Translations under genes and position numbers: made by a program
The notes under the pieces: generated by a model
Seen by the model: the letters and a program-made list of their open reading frames with translations, nothing else
Told to the model about the DNA's origin: nothing
Database searches by the model: none
DNA from: an uncultured Bacteroidales bacterium
GTDB taxonomy: Bacteria; Bacteroidota; Bacteroidia; Bacteroidales; B18-G4
Assembly (NCBI GenBank): GCA_963753055.1
Contig: CAVWAP010000004.1
Span: forward strand, 832,479 to 896,478
Reading direction: 5' to 3'
Length of the DNA: 64,000 bases
In this document: positions 27,775-38,425 of the stretch, in pieces
Numbering within the stretch: position 1 is the stretch's first letter
Layout: every line of letters starts with the position of its first letter

Positions 27775-29115
27775 CTACGTTTCCTGCTTGATCAATACTT
27801 TTAATTTCCACCTCCCGGTTGAATAATAGATAAATGACAGGGTGACACCTGTAAACCAGGCCAGTGGTATTCCCCACCATATGCCTGTTTCTCCCATCTG
27901 TTGTGCCAGGTAATAACAGGCAGGTATCCTGACAACCCATAATGCCATGAATGTAATGATCATGGGCACTAGCGTGTCCCCGGCACCACGCATTACTCCT
28001 CCTATAATGAACATTGTCGAGAATACAATATAGAACGGGCTTACAATCAGCAGGTATTCGCTGCCTATCGCAATCACATTCTGGTCTGATGTAAAGAGAC
28101 TTATCAGTTCATCTGATAAGGTAAATGCAAAGGTACTTATTGTTAGTGAGATTAAAGCTGTCATCCGTAAAGTGGAAATGAGCCCTTGTCGAACGCGTTC
28201 TGGTTTTTTGGCTCCCAGGTTTTGCCCAACAAAAGTTGATAATGCAGCTGCAAAATTCATGGCCGGCAGGGAGGCGAAGGAGTCAATCCTGAATACAACA
28301 CTGTAGGCAGCAACTACATCCGTTCCAAATGGATTGACCAGCCAGTACATAACTATCATGCTCAGTGATACAAACACCATCTGAAACCCGATAGGAAACC
28401 CGATTCGGAAATTCTTAACAAATATGTTCCTGTCAAAATATAAACGCCGCCAGGAAAGATTGATAATAGGATGTGTCCTGTTCAGGTAGATAATGGCCGA
28501 AAGAAAGGCCCCTGCCTGAGCCACAATAGTTGCAATGGCAGCACCAGCAATACCCCATTTGAAGATGACGATAAACAGGTAATCGAAAAAGATATTGGTG
28601 ATTGTCGCTATGATCATGAAGTAAAGGGGCGTTTTGGAATCACCTAATCCCCTTAAGATGGCACTTGTACCATTGAATCCGAAGTGAAAAAGAACACCGG
28701 TAAGATAGATGTTCAGGTACAGAGTAGCCTGTGGTATAATATTCTCCGGTAGTTTGATAAGCCTGAAGATGCCACTGCTTGCACTTATTCCAATAATGCT
28801 TATGGCAATTGATGCAAAAAAGATAAAAATGTATAATGTGTCGATTGCGCGCCTGACATTTTTAATATCCTTGGCTCCAAAATATTGCGAAATGATAACT
28901 GTGGACCCGATAGCAATGCCAATGAGCAGTGAGATTAAAGCAAAGATGATAGGGAAGGAGGCACCCACTGCTGCAAGGGCCTCTTTTCCAAGTACATTAC
29001 CTACAATGATGCTGTCGACTACATTGTACATCTGCTGGAAGATATTTCCCAACAACATCGGAGTGGCAAAATTCAGGATCAATTTGCCTTCTTTACCTAC
29101 ACTCAGATCTTTCAT
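27775..29115 (-). CDS. MATE-family efflux transporter
   Basis: 446 aa, about 12 TM. N-terminal LILNFATPMLLGNIFQQMYNVVDSIIVG is typical of MATE/NorM. Confidence 0.85.
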   Translation of the reverse strand: MKDLSVGKEGKLILNFATPMLLGNIFQQMYNVVDSIIVGNVLGKEALAAVGASFPIIFALISLLIGIAIGSTVIISQYFGAKDIKNVRRAIDTLYIFIFFASIAISIIGISASSGIFRLIKLPENIIPQATLYLNIYLTGVLFHFGFNGTSAILRGLGDSKTPLYFMIIATITNIFFDYLFIVIFKWGIAGAAIATIVAQAGAFLSAIIYLNRTHPIINLSWRRLYFDRNIFVKNFRIGFPIGFQMVFVSLSMIVMYWLVNPFGTDVVAAYSVVFRIDSFASLPAMNFAAALSTFVGQNLGAKKPERVRQGLISTLRMTALISLTISTFAFTLSDELISLFTSDQNVIAIGSEYLLIVSPFYIVFSTMFIIGGVMRGAGDTLVPMIITFMALWVVRIPACYYLAQQMGETGIWWGIPLAWFTGVTLSFIYYSTGRWKLKVLIKQET

Positions 29116-29293
29116 TAAATCAAGGGATAAAAAAAATAAACACTGAAGGAGGAGGATTTGTTGCGACCCTTTGCACTATTGCCTTGTAAAGTTATAAAAA
29201 CATATTGGTTAAAAACTTTATTGGAGCTGAAAATAAACATCCTGGGTATGGGTTAATTTTGCATTATCTTAAATCAATATTACTTACTCTTTT

Positions 29294-31027
29294 ATGAAAT
29301 TAGAAAAGCACCTGTTTATTATCCTTATTTTCTTTTGCTCCATTTCTACAAAGGCTCAGGAAGACTACAGTAACAATACATTCAGATTCCCATTGGATTT
29401 TAGCCCGGTGTTGTCAGGTACTTTCGGAGAACTGCGGTCCAATCATTTTCATTCAGGGATTGATATTAAAACACAGGGAGCAATTGGAAAACCCATTTAC
29501 GCCCTGGAGGATGGATATGTATCAAGAATTAAGGTTTCCCCATCCGGGTTCGGAAATACACTGTATGTCAATCATGAAGATGGGTATACATCTGTTTTTG
29601 CACATCTGCAGGGATTCCGGCGTGATATGGCTGACTTTGTGAGAGAAGAACAGTATAGCAGAGAATCATTTGCAGTAGACCTGTACCTGGATAAAGACCA
29701 ATTTTTAGTTCGCAAAGGTGAAATCATAGCTCTGTCCGGTAATTCTGGCTATTCTTTTGGACCTCATCTTCATTTTGAAATTCGTGAGGCTTCAACACAG
29801 AAGCCGATTAATCCACTCTTGTTTGGTTTTAAAGTCAAGGATGATATTCCTCCTAAGATCAAAAAACTTAAAATCTATCCCGAATCTGATTATGCGCTGA
29901 TTAATCACCAAAATGCCCCATTGGACATTAGTGTAACTGGCTACGGAACAAGGCATTATATTGAAGATTCTGATACAGTACTTGTCTGTGGCGACCTTTC
30001 CTTCGGGTTGCTGACCTATGATTTATTGAATGGTGCAGCTAATAAGAATGGCATTTATGAAATGAAAATATGGTACGACACTACACTGTTTTTCCATCTC
30101 CGCCTGGAGAAATTTGCCTTCTCCGAAACAAGGTATATAAATAGCCTTATTGACTATGCAGAATACCAAAACAGCAAACAGCGGTATATCCGTTCAAAAC
30201 TTGACCCGAATAATCGACTGAACATTTACGAGCATATTTTGAATGATGGTGTAATAACTTTAAATGACTCTAATATCCATGTAGTTAAGTTTGAGGTTGT
30301 TGATGTTTATAATAACCGGTCTGCATTATCTGTGGTACTTAAAGGGACAGGTGTAGTAAATAATAAGGATGATAAAGGCAAAGCATTGAATGTCCGGGAG
30401 ATATCATGGAGGGATGAATCTACATTTGAAGCTGAGGGCATCAAACTATTTTTTCCGGCATACTCTTTCTATGATAATGTATCTTTTGAATATGGTACGA
30501 CAGCCTCATTCACCGGGACATATTCTCAAGTTCATCACCTGGGCAATGATAAGATACCTATTCACAAATACCTGACATTATCAATTCAACCGCTTGGCCT
30601 GCCGGCTGAATTGCTGGATAAGGCTTTACTTGCCTATGTAAATGGTGAAAAAGGTCAAAACCTCACAGGGGCAGGAGGCGCATACCAGGACGGAATGGTT
30701 ACAGGAAAGATAAGAGATTTTGGAAAATACACAATCGCTATCGATACTGTTTCACCTTATCTGAAACCTTTGAATGTAAACAACAAACAGCTCATAAAGA
30801 GGGGGCAGCGTTTAAAGTTTAAGATCAAGGATAAATTCTCTGGTATCAAGTCATACAGGGGAACCATAAACGGGGATTGGATCCTTATGCAATATGACGC
30901 AAAAAATGATTTACTTTACTATATTGTAGATGATCGTTCAATAAAAGGGGATAATCATTTCAAACTTGAAATTATAGATCAAAAAGATAATATCACCATT
31001 TTTGAAGCTGAACTTAAATTAAAGTGA
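29294..31027 (+). CDS. M23-family metallopeptidase, secreted
   Basis: 577 aa. Signal peptide. HFHSGIDI (HxxxD) and GPHLHFEI (HxH) zinc motifs. Confidence 0.8.
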   Translation: MKLEKHLFIILIFFCSISTKAQEDYSNNTFRFPLDFSPVLSGTFGELRSNHFHSGIDIKTQGAIGKPIYALEDGYVSRIKVSPSGFGNTLYVNHEDGYTSVFAHLQGFRRDMADFVREEQYSRESFAVDLYLDKDQFLVRKGEIIALSGNSGYSFGPHLHFEIREASTQKPINPLLFGFKVKDDIPPKIKKLKIYPESDYALINHQNAPLDISVTGYGTRHYIEDSDTVLVCGDLSFGLLTYDLLNGAANKNGIYEMKIWYDTTLFFHLRLEKFAFSETRYINSLIDYAEYQNSKQRYIRSKLDPNNRLNIYEHILNDGVITLNDSNIHVVKFEVVDVYNNRSALSVVLKGTGVVNNKDDKGKALNVREISWRDESTFEAEGIKLFFPAYSFYDNVSFEYGTTASFTGTYSQVHHLGNDKIPIHKYLTLSIQPLGLPAELLDKALLAYVNGEKGQNLTGAGGAYQDGMVTGKIRDFGKYTIAIDTVSPYLKPLNVNNKQLIKRGQRLKFKIKDKFSGIKSYRGTINGDWILMQYDAKNDLLYYIVDDRSIKGDNHFKLEIIDQKDNITIFEAELKLK

Positions 31028-32190
31028 GCAGAAACCTGCTACTGTTGCTAATCTCACTCTGCGTATTTTTTCAATCCTTTGCGCAGGATACTGACTTTAA
31101 ATTGATCAGAAAAGCCAGACAGGATTCTGTCCGGCAAGCCCGTAATTTTAGAATCAGCGGTATGGGAGGGCCAGGTTATACTCCTGAGCTGAAATTAATC
31201 CTTGGAGGCAACCTGCTAATGACCTTTTCTGCCAATTTTGCTGATACTTCCCTGCAGAGGTCTTCAATCATTACTGAGCTGGCAGTAGGAATAGAAGGAG
31301 CTGTTATTTTTAACAATGAGGGAAATATCTTTCTTAAAAATGATCGCTTCAGGGTCCATTACCTGGTCAGGGTTAAATATATGCCAGACAATTATTTTGG
31401 TGTTGGTTATGAATCTGCTGTTAATGTTCCGAAAGGGCCTAATACCACTGCCTATCATAAAAATTGGTTCCAGGTCACTCCAGAGTTCCTTTTTAAAGCT
31501 GTCCATAAACTTTACGCTGGTGTGCTTATGGATATTAACCAGACCTTATGCACAGATGTAAATCCTTTAATGCAACAAGATCTTTATTATAGCAGCTTTG
31601 GCCCAAGCAATTTTAATGCTGGTTTTGGTGTTATCGGACAGTATGATTCCAGGGATAATGTGGTTAATGCTTACAAAGGATTATATGCCAGGATCGTAGC
31701 ACTGGATTATTCATCACTGTTTGGCAGTGAGAATAGTTACCAGGTATTAGATTTTGATTACAGGCAATTTAAGGAATTGAAGAGGCCAAGGCACGTCTTC
31801 GCCTGGCAAATAAAAAGCAGGATAGGTATGGGTAATGTGCCATATACTGAAATGTCAATGGTTGGTTCACCATACGACCTCAGGGGATATCTGTGGGGAC
31901 GCTTCAGGGAAAGGACTATGCTGATAGGGATTGTGGAATACAGGCATATGTTTAATCCGATAAACCCAAAAAGGCAACAGAATTTCTGGTCAAAGCATGG
32001 CCTTGTGACATGGGTCGGAGCTGGATTCATGGGGCATGGTATCAACGATTGGAATTTGCCTGAAACCATACCAAACATTGGCCTGGGATACCGGTTTGAA
32101 TTATTACCGAGGATGAATGTAAGGTTTGATGCAGGCTTCGGCCTGGATGGTTCTACAGGATTTTACCTGAAAATGACCGAGGCATTTTGA
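31024..32190 (+). CDS. Omp85/BamA-like outer-membrane beta-barrel (surface antigen D15-like)
   Basis: 388 aa. GTG start overlapping the upstream TGA (GTGA at 31024-31027). Signal ...FFQSFAQ. C-terminal ...GFYLKMTEAF ending in Phe. Confidence 0.55.
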   Translation: MSRNLLLLLISLCVFFQSFAQDTDFKLIRKARQDSVRQARNFRISGMGGPGYTPELKLILGGNLLMTFSANFADTSLQRSSIITELAVGIEGAVIFNNEGNIFLKNDRFRVHYLVRVKYMPDNYFGVGYESAVNVPKGPNTTAYHKNWFQVTPEFLFKAVHKLYAGVLMDINQTLCTDVNPLMQQDLYYSSFGPSNFNAGFGVIGQYDSRDNVVNAYKGLYARIVALDYSSLFGSENSYQVLDFDYRQFKELKRPRHVFAWQIKSRIGMGNVPYTEMSMVGSPYDLRGYLWGRFRERTMLIGIVEYRHMFNPINPKRQQNFWSKHGLVTWVGAGFMGHGINDWNLPETIPNIGLGYRFELLPRMNVRFDAGFGLDGSTGFYLKMTEAF

Positions 32191-32200
32191 AATATTCTGT

Positions 32201-33208
32201 TTATTTCTTCGTGAATTTTACCATCTGCGTTTCCCTATCCATGTCTATCTTCAGGATGTATAGTCCGGCATTCAATGCACTGATGTCAATGTTAGTTTCC
32301 TCTTCGGAAGATGAAGTTTGAATGATCTGCTTCCCTGTAATGTCAAATACGCTGAATTGTAAAACAGACTGATTATTTTGCAACTCGATAGTTAAGCGGT
32401 CGTCTGCTGGGATTGGGAATATTTTGATTTTATCTAATGACAATTCTTCGGTGTAGAGTAAGGAACCACAGAAAAGATCCCACCTTGCTGTTACCTGAGT
32501 AGGGGTCCAGGCCCTGTTGGTGATGACTATGTTGGAAACAAAACCAGGTGAAGCTTCGTTAGCCATTACTGATGGATGGTCTCTGAAAAATTTCAGGTAG
32601 TCCTTATCCGGCTGTGGAAGATATTCTTCAGTTGAAGAATCATCATAATCTGCAAATTCTTCGCCGTTGATATAAACTGTGACCAACCCAGTTTCATCCC
32701 TGACAAGGATTAACTGGTAATAATCATCTGTATTAAAGAAATCAGGCGTGCCTACTGTACCATGAGGCCAGAAGTCAAGAGTGCCTGTAAGCGGAGCATT
32801 CGAGAGGTATATATATATACCATAATCGTCTTCATGGGTAAAACTCAAAATCCTCACCCAGGGTGGTGGTTCTATAAACTCATCAAAATGAAAAATCATT
32901 GATAATGAATAAATCCCTGCATCAATGAAGCCCTCAGGATTATCAAATTGAAGGCCGGCATCATCCTCAAAAAAATAGCCCTTGGCAATACCTCCCTGTT
33001 CGCAGGTAGTAACGGGTACAGAGCGAGCCACAAACTCTCCGGTAAGTGAATTATTATTAGGTATTTGCGTTAATGGAGGTGCCCCAGCCTCTAAGCCATT
33101 AAAACTGGCGCTCAGGGGATAAGTGTAAGTAGTATACTGGGCATTTGAACTTTGCAGGCAGAAGAAAAACAGGGATAAAAAAACTGCTGAGTATATAGTC
33201 TTTTTCAT
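32201..33208 (-). CDS. T9SS-secreted LamG/concanavalin-like protein
   Basis: 335 aa. Signal peptide. C-terminal KIFPIPADDRLTIEL...LNAGLYILKIDMDRETQMVKFTKK is a Por CTD pattern. Confidence 0.6.
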   Translation of the reverse strand: MKKTIYSAVFLSLFFFCLQSSNAQYTTYTYPLSASFNGLEAGAPPLTQIPNNNSLTGEFVARSVPVTTCEQGGIAKGYFFEDDAGLQFDNPEGFIDAGIYSLSMIFHFDEFIEPPPWVRILSFTHEDDYGIYIYLSNAPLTGTLDFWPHGTVGTPDFFNTDDYYQLILVRDETGLVTVYINGEEFADYDDSSTEEYLPQPDKDYLKFFRDHPSVMANEASPGFVSNIVITNRAWTPTQVTARWDLFCGSLLYTEELSLDKIKIFPIPADDRLTIELQNNQSVLQFSVFDITGKQIIQTSSSEEETNIDISALNAGLYILKIDMDRETQMVKFTKK

Positions 33209-33287
33209 GACTTATTATTTGATTGGTTTGAAACACCTAAAGATAAGAAAATATTCAAAGTAAGTCAATATGAAGAATGAAAAGTTC

Positions 33288-34907
33288 CTAATGAAGTAGA
33301 AGACAGGTCCCTTTTAAGGTTTCTGAGAAAGGTTTTTCGGAATTTGAGAGATTTTCATAAAAAATCACCCATACATAAACACCGGTAGGGCACGGTTCTC
33401 CTTTGATTTTTCCATTCCACCCGTATTCAAGAGAATTAGACTCAAATACCATGGATCCCCACCTGTCATAGATAAGCATACGGTATTGACCGATATTAAC
33501 TCCCTTTGGCAGGAATATGTCATTTTTAAGATCACCATTTGGGGAAAAGGCGTTGGGGACAAATAATGCGGGATTGCAATTGATGTATTCAAGATAGACC
33601 GTATCAGTATCAAACCCACAAGGATTACTCACATCAAGCCAGTAATATCCAGAATCAGAAACTGTTAGTTCCTGTTCTGTGCTGTTGTCATTCCAAAGAT
33701 AATTCATGTAAGGCCCATTTATCTCAGGATCTAAGGTTATCTCATACCCTGTGCATAAGGTTGAATCGTTGCCAAGACTGAAATCGGGGATTGTGATTGA
33801 AACGATATCCACTGTATCATAGAACCTGCAACCATGCTCTGATAATACCTCTACCCAGTAAAGTCCTTCTTCTTCTGCAGTATATGTTTGATCCTCGCTG
33901 CCATCCTGCCACGTATATGAATCAAATTGGTCTCCTGCATCAAGTATTATCTGGTTACCGGAACAAATGGCAGTATCATTTGAAAGGAATGGATATGGGT
34001 TATCGTAATAATCGATGGTGATCTGGTCATAGCTTGGTGAACAACCGAATTCAACTTCGACACTGTATGTGCCAGGCTGGAATACAGTCCGCTGAGGATC
34101 ACTAGAGCCATTTTCCCATGTATAATTTGCTTCTCCGGGTATGGAAGCATCTAACATAAGAGATTCACCCGGACATAAGGTAGTGTCATTGCCTAATTCC
34201 AGCCAGGAATGTTCTGGCTCTACACTGATTTTATCTATGTAATAGGAGGCGATCTGCAGGCTGGAGTTTGAAAAAGTATGAATAGTTAATTCAATGTCAG
34301 CCAGGAAATTACCTATCGTAATATATTGCTCCCCTCCCTGTGCAGTATAAGAACCCGATATTTGTACCCAGTGGTCTTTATCCTGTAGTGCGGTTCCGGG
34401 AGTATTATTAATATGAGGATCTCCCGGGATAGGGATAACCACTTTTCCGGGTTGAATTATAGGGCCCGTTGAAAAAAATAATCCCATTCCATCAACCGCA
34501 AAGCGGCTGCCATCAGAACATGAAACATAAAAAGAAACGGTATAAGTCTCATTTGCTATTAAGGGTGCAGCAAGGTTAACCTGGATATATTCCCGGTACT
34601 GGGGTTGGGTAGGATAATAGCAAATAATGTGAGCATAAGCAAATCCTTCTTTGGCTGTTTGTGAGCCCCAAAGATTTGTGGGTACACTATATTCGCCTGA
34701 GTTGCATTTGTTGCAATAATCCGGTGTACCTTCTCCCGGGGAATACCAATCCCGGCAAAAGTTCATTTGTCCGCTGTTATAAGGACAATTAGTATAACTC
34801 ACGAAATTGCAGTTAAAAACCAGGTTCTGGGTAGTCCCCGTGTAAGAAAGAAAAACCAGGATTATTATGAAGAGTAATGAAGTGCTATTGCTTTTTACCC
34901 GCTTCAA
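33288..34907 (-). CDS. T9SS type-B sorting-domain (gliding-motility C-terminal domain) protein
   Basis: 539 aa, TTG start. Repeated Ig-like Cys-containing modules. C-terminal VPNAFSPNGDLKNDIFLPKG...YRMLIYDRWGSMVFES...GWNG is the type-B CTD signature. Confidence 0.7.
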   Translation of the reverse strand: MKRVKSNSTSLLFIIILVFLSYTGTTQNLVFNCNFVSYTNCPYNSGQMNFCRDWYSPGEGTPDYCNKCNSGEYSVPTNLWGSQTAKEGFAYAHIICYYPTQPQYREYIQVNLAAPLIANETYTVSFYVSCSDGSRFAVDGMGLFFSTGPIIQPGKVVIPIPGDPHINNTPGTALQDKDHWVQISGSYTAQGGEQYITIGNFLADIELTIHTFSNSSLQIASYYIDKISVEPEHSWLELGNDTTLCPGESLMLDASIPGEANYTWENGSSDPQRTVFQPGTYSVEVEFGCSPSYDQITIDYYDNPYPFLSNDTAICSGNQIILDAGDQFDSYTWQDGSEDQTYTAEEEGLYWVEVLSEHGCRFYDTVDIVSITIPDFSLGNDSTLCTGYEITLDPEINGPYMNYLWNDNSTEQELTVSDSGYYWLDVSNPCGFDTDTVYLEYINCNPALFVPNAFSPNGDLKNDIFLPKGVNIGQYRMLIYDRWGSMVFESNSLEYGWNGKIKGEPCPTGVYVWVIFYENLSNSEKPFSETLKGTCLLLH

Positions 34908-35033
34908 GTATAATTGTTTTGATTATTGGTTTCAGGACAAATATACGAGATGATTCAATGTGAACCAACGGGTAATCAGTTTATGGTTGAATTAAATCAG
35001 TATCCGGTTATTATGAAGCTTCCAAAAGCGAAG

Positions 35034-35089
35034 AGGGGCAAGCCTGTAACCCCTGCCTTCGCAGGGGCAAGCCTGTAACCTGTAACTAT
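35034..35089 (-). repeat. 8-unit heptad block with palindromic core copy 3, directly after a stop codon
   Basis: Minus-sense read: ATAGTTA CAGGTTA CAGGCTT GCCCCTG CGAAGGC AGGGGTT ACAGGCT TGCCCCT, beginning at the base after the TAA (35090-35092 complement). Perfect stem CCCCTGC/GCAGGGG (35050-35067). Confidence 0.85.
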
Positions 35090-35896
35090 TTAAAGGTTTA
35101 ACAGACTGGCTTCGTATTGGAAGTAGTCGTTGAGGTCCCTGCGGGAGAAGTTGGTCAGTTGCTTGGTGCGTCGGATGGTGCAGGTTTTGCAATGAAGGTA
35201 GCTGAGGACTTCTTCCATACAGAGTTCATCAAAATGGTCATTTGTAAAGATCTCATTGACCAGGCCCAGGTCTTTGGCTTCCTCAACTGTGATTTCCTGA
35301 CCCAGTTGAATAGCCATTGATTTAGAGTGGCTCATGTAATTTGAAAGGAAAAAAGGTAAAGCTCCGCTGGGATGCAACCCGAATTTATTGTGAGCCATGA
35401 TAAACCTGCAATCCTTGGAGGCAAACCTGAAATCTGCAGACAGGGCAGTACCGATGAATGGTGTTACAACTTCACCGTGGATGCCCATAAAGCTTAATTT
35501 CTGATAGGATGCTATGCCACGAATAATCTTATTCAGAATGTTGATCTTACGAAACCGGATGTTCTTTTTTGAGAACCGTGGGGAGTCTTCTTTGGAAGCA
35601 CTGATGTTTGTTTCCAAAATTTTACGGATGAATTGATCATAAGCTTCCTCTCCAATGCATCCAGGTTCATTCAGGAACAGAATGGCCATGATGCTGTTAT
35701 CATATTCAGTCTGCTTAATGAAATCCATCAAATGTTCACTTTCGTCAAGGTCAGTGACAAGGTCAAAGACTTTGTCCTTAATTTTTATCACAGCAATATG
35801 ATCTCTTTTCTCAGTGTGAAAAGCCTCACGCTCAATAAAATAATTCATTGTTCCGGGATTAGTGTTTATGAAAACAAAATACAAAATTCCTTTCAT
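35090..35896 (-). CDS. enoyl-CoA hydratase/isomerase (crotonase-fold) family protein
   Basis: 268 aa (start may be M17 at 35848). HIAVIKIKDK...ILFLNEPGC...FMGIHGEVVTPFIGTALSADFRFA resembles the crotonase oxyanion-hole region. Weak call. Confidence 0.45.
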   Translation of the reverse strand: MKGILYFVFINTNPGTMNYFIEREAFHTEKRDHIAVIKIKDKVFDLVTDLDESEHLMDFIKQTEYDNSIMAILFLNEPGCIGEEAYDQFIRKILETNISASKEDSPRFSKKNIRFRKINILNKIIRGIASYQKLSFMGIHGEVVTPFIGTALSADFRFASKDCRFIMAHNKFGLHPSGALPFFLSNYMSHSKSMAIQLGQEITVEEAKDLGLVNEIFTNDHFDELCMEEVLSYLHCKTCTIRRTKQLTNFSRRDLNDYFQYEASLLNL

Positions 35897-35953
35897 TAAA
35901 ACAAAAATATTTTCATGATTTGCGACCCTTGATTTTATCTCTTGTCATTATTA

Positions 35954-38347
35954 ATGAAGTTGCAAACAATGAAAAGGATGAATAAACTTAAAAGAATCGT
36001 ACTTCTTATATTAACTATAGGAATTTCTTCTAATATTTTAGCGCAGGATATCAAACAGACAATCCGGGGAACCATAGTTGACCGTGAGACCACAGGTCCA
36101 TTACCCGGGGCCACAGTTATTCTGATTGGTTCTGATCCATTGATAGGTACAACAACAGGTCCTGATGGGGAATTCAGGTTAGACCAGGTGCCTGTGGGGC
36201 GGCAAACACTGAGGGTTTCATTCATTGGCTATGAGGAGATAGCTATACCCGATATTCTTGTTAGTTCGGCCAAGGAATCCGTAATTGATATTGCTCTTAC
36301 GGAGTCAGTGGTGAAGCTTGGAGAAGTTACGATCCTTTCAAAGCGTGAGAAAGGGAAGCCAATCAACGAGATGGCAACAGTTAGTGCCCGGTCATTTACA
36401 GTGGAAGAAACCAAAAGGTACCCGGCATCCATTAGCGACCCGGGAAGGATGGTGCAGGCATATGCTGGTGTAACAGTAGGGGATGATGCATCTAATGAAA
36501 TCATCATCAGGGGCAATTCACCAAGTGGTGTGCTATGGCGCCTGGAAGGGGTTGAAATCCCGGGGCCTAACCACTTTGCAGAGGAGGGATATTCCTCAGG
36601 ATTTGTAAGTATCCTCAGTTCTAACTTGATTGCAACATCGGATTTTTTTACCGGGGCCTTCCCGGCAGAGTATGGTAATGGCTATTCAGGTGTCTTTGAC
36701 ATAAACCTGAGAAATGGCAATAACCAAAAAAGGGAATATGCATTTCAGTTTGGGACATTGGGGACTGACCTGGCATTGGAAGGACCGTTTTCCAAGAATT
36801 ATAAAGGCTCTTACCTGATCAATTACCGTTATTCAACACTGGCATTGTTGGAAGCAATGAATATTGGCCTCATCGAGGATGAGGTGCCCAGATACCAGGA
36901 CCTTTCATTCAAGCTTCATCTTCCTACCAACAATGCTGGAACATTTAACATTTGGGGTATCGGCGGCCTGAGTGCTTCCCTGGAAGGTGAGACTAGTGAC
37001 TCAACCAAATGGGAATACAAGTATGACAGGATTACCTGGGATTTCAGAACAGGTATGGGGGCTGCAGGCGTAACACATATCTATTCTCCCACAAAGAATT
37101 CATTTCTTAAAACTGTAATCTCATACTCCGGTAATTATAGCCAGGACGATGCGGAAATATATGATACACCAGATGAGAAAAGAGATTATTATCGTGATAA
37201 ATACAGCAACAGGACTTTCAGGTCATCACTAGCATATAACCTGAAACTGAATTCCAGGCTTTTAATGAAAACTGGTGTCATTTACAGCCATTTAATGTAT
37301 AATATGAAGGCGGAGGGGCAGGATTACCATGATGAAGACATCTGGAGGGTATATAATGAAGAAAAGGGAAATGCCAATCTTTACCAGGCTTTCATTCAAT
37401 CCAAATATCGTGTTTCACCAGAATTATCTTTAACTGCAGGTGTTCATGCTTTGTATTTTGCATTGAATAAAAAGTATTCTATCGAGCCACGACTAGGGCT
37501 CCTCTGGCAGGTCAATCCGAAAAATTCTGTTGGTTTTGGTGCCGGACTGCATAGCAGGATAGAAGAGATGTCAGGATATTTCATGCGTGAGTTTAAGCCT
37601 GACGGATCATTTGCATTGCCTAACAGGAACCTGAATTTCAGAAAGTCACTGCACCTTGTCGGATCATACAGCCATTGCTTCAACAAGAATTTGTGCTTGA
37701 AGACAGAAGTTTACTACCAGTACCTGTATGACCTTGCAATAACCAAAAATCCCGAACATACATTTTCTGTGGTTAACGGAAAATGGAGCGAATCCTACAG
37801 AGCTCCTATGACAAATAACGGTATTGGCAGAAATTATGGCCTGGAGCTAACCTTTGAAAGGTACTTCTCAAACCATTTTTATTTTATTGTAACCAGCTCA
37901 TTGTTTGATTCAAAATACAGGGCCGCCGATGGTAACTGGTATGATACCAGGTTTAATGTAAGATATGCCAGTAATTTTATCATAGGTAAGGAATTTATTG
38001 TAGGTAAAAACAAAGAAAACCTGCTGGGAATAAATGGGAAATTTATCTGGGCAGGAGGTAGCAGGGAAACACCCATTGATATGGAAGCCTCAAGGGAGAG
38101 TGGCGAGCAGGTCCTTATTGAGAGCCAGAGAAATACTATTCAAAACCCAGACTACCTGCGGATGGATGCCAGCATCAGCTACCGGTTGAACAAACCCAAA
38201 GTGTCCCATATTCTCTCATTTGACGTGCAAAACCTGACTAACAGGGATAATATCATGGGTAGCTACTATGATTCTGAGACTCAGCAAACAACAACATATT
38301 ACCATCTTGGAATTTTACCTATCCTGAGTTATAAGATTGAGTTTTAA
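35954..38347 (+). CDS. TonB-dependent receptor with N-terminal carboxypeptidase-regulatory-like domain
   Basis: Start uncertain (ATG at 35954, 35969 or 35978; the track TTG is at 35942). IRGTIVDRETTGPLPGATVIL CarbopepD_reg motif, plug domain, beta-barrel ending ...LSYKIEF. Confidence 0.8.
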   Translation: MKLQTMKRMNKLKRIVLLILTIGISSNILAQDIKQTIRGTIVDRETTGPLPGATVILIGSDPLIGTTTGPDGEFRLDQVPVGRQTLRVSFIGYEEIAIPDILVSSAKESVIDIALTESVVKLGEVTILSKREKGKPINEMATVSARSFTVEETKRYPASISDPGRMVQAYAGVTVGDDASNEIIIRGNSPSGVLWRLEGVEIPGPNHFAEEGYSSGFVSILSSNLIATSDFFTGAFPAEYGNGYSGVFDINLRNGNNQKREYAFQFGTLGTDLALEGPFSKNYKGSYLINYRYSTLALLEAMNIGLIEDEVPRYQDLSFKLHLPTNNAGTFNIWGIGGLSASLEGETSDSTKWEYKYDRITWDFRTGMGAAGVTHIYSPTKNSFLKTVISYSGNYSQDDAEIYDTPDEKRDYYRDKYSNRTFRSSLAYNLKLNSRLLMKTGVIYSHLMYNMKAEGQDYHDEDIWRVYNEEKGNANLYQAFIQSKYRVSPELSLTAGVHALYFALNKKYSIEPRLGLLWQVNPKNSVGFGAGLHSRIEEMSGYFMREFKPDGSFALPNRNLNFRKSLHLVGSYSHCFNKNLCLKTEVYYQYLYDLAITKNPEHTFSVVNGKWSESYRAPMTNNGIGRNYGLELTFERYFSNHFYFIVTSSLFDSKYRAADGNWYDTRFNVRYASNFIIGKEFIVGKNKENLLGINGKFIWAGGSRETPIDMEASRESGEQVLIESQRNTIQNPDYLRMDASISYRLNKPKVSHILSFDVQNLTNRDNIMGSYYDSETQQTTTYYHLGILPILSYKIEF

Positions 38348-38425
38348 CGGTTAATTCTTTATCCTGCCCTGGTAGTATTCTCAATTTTCACTATTTTAGA
38401 GGTGACCAAATAATTAGCGCGCTCT

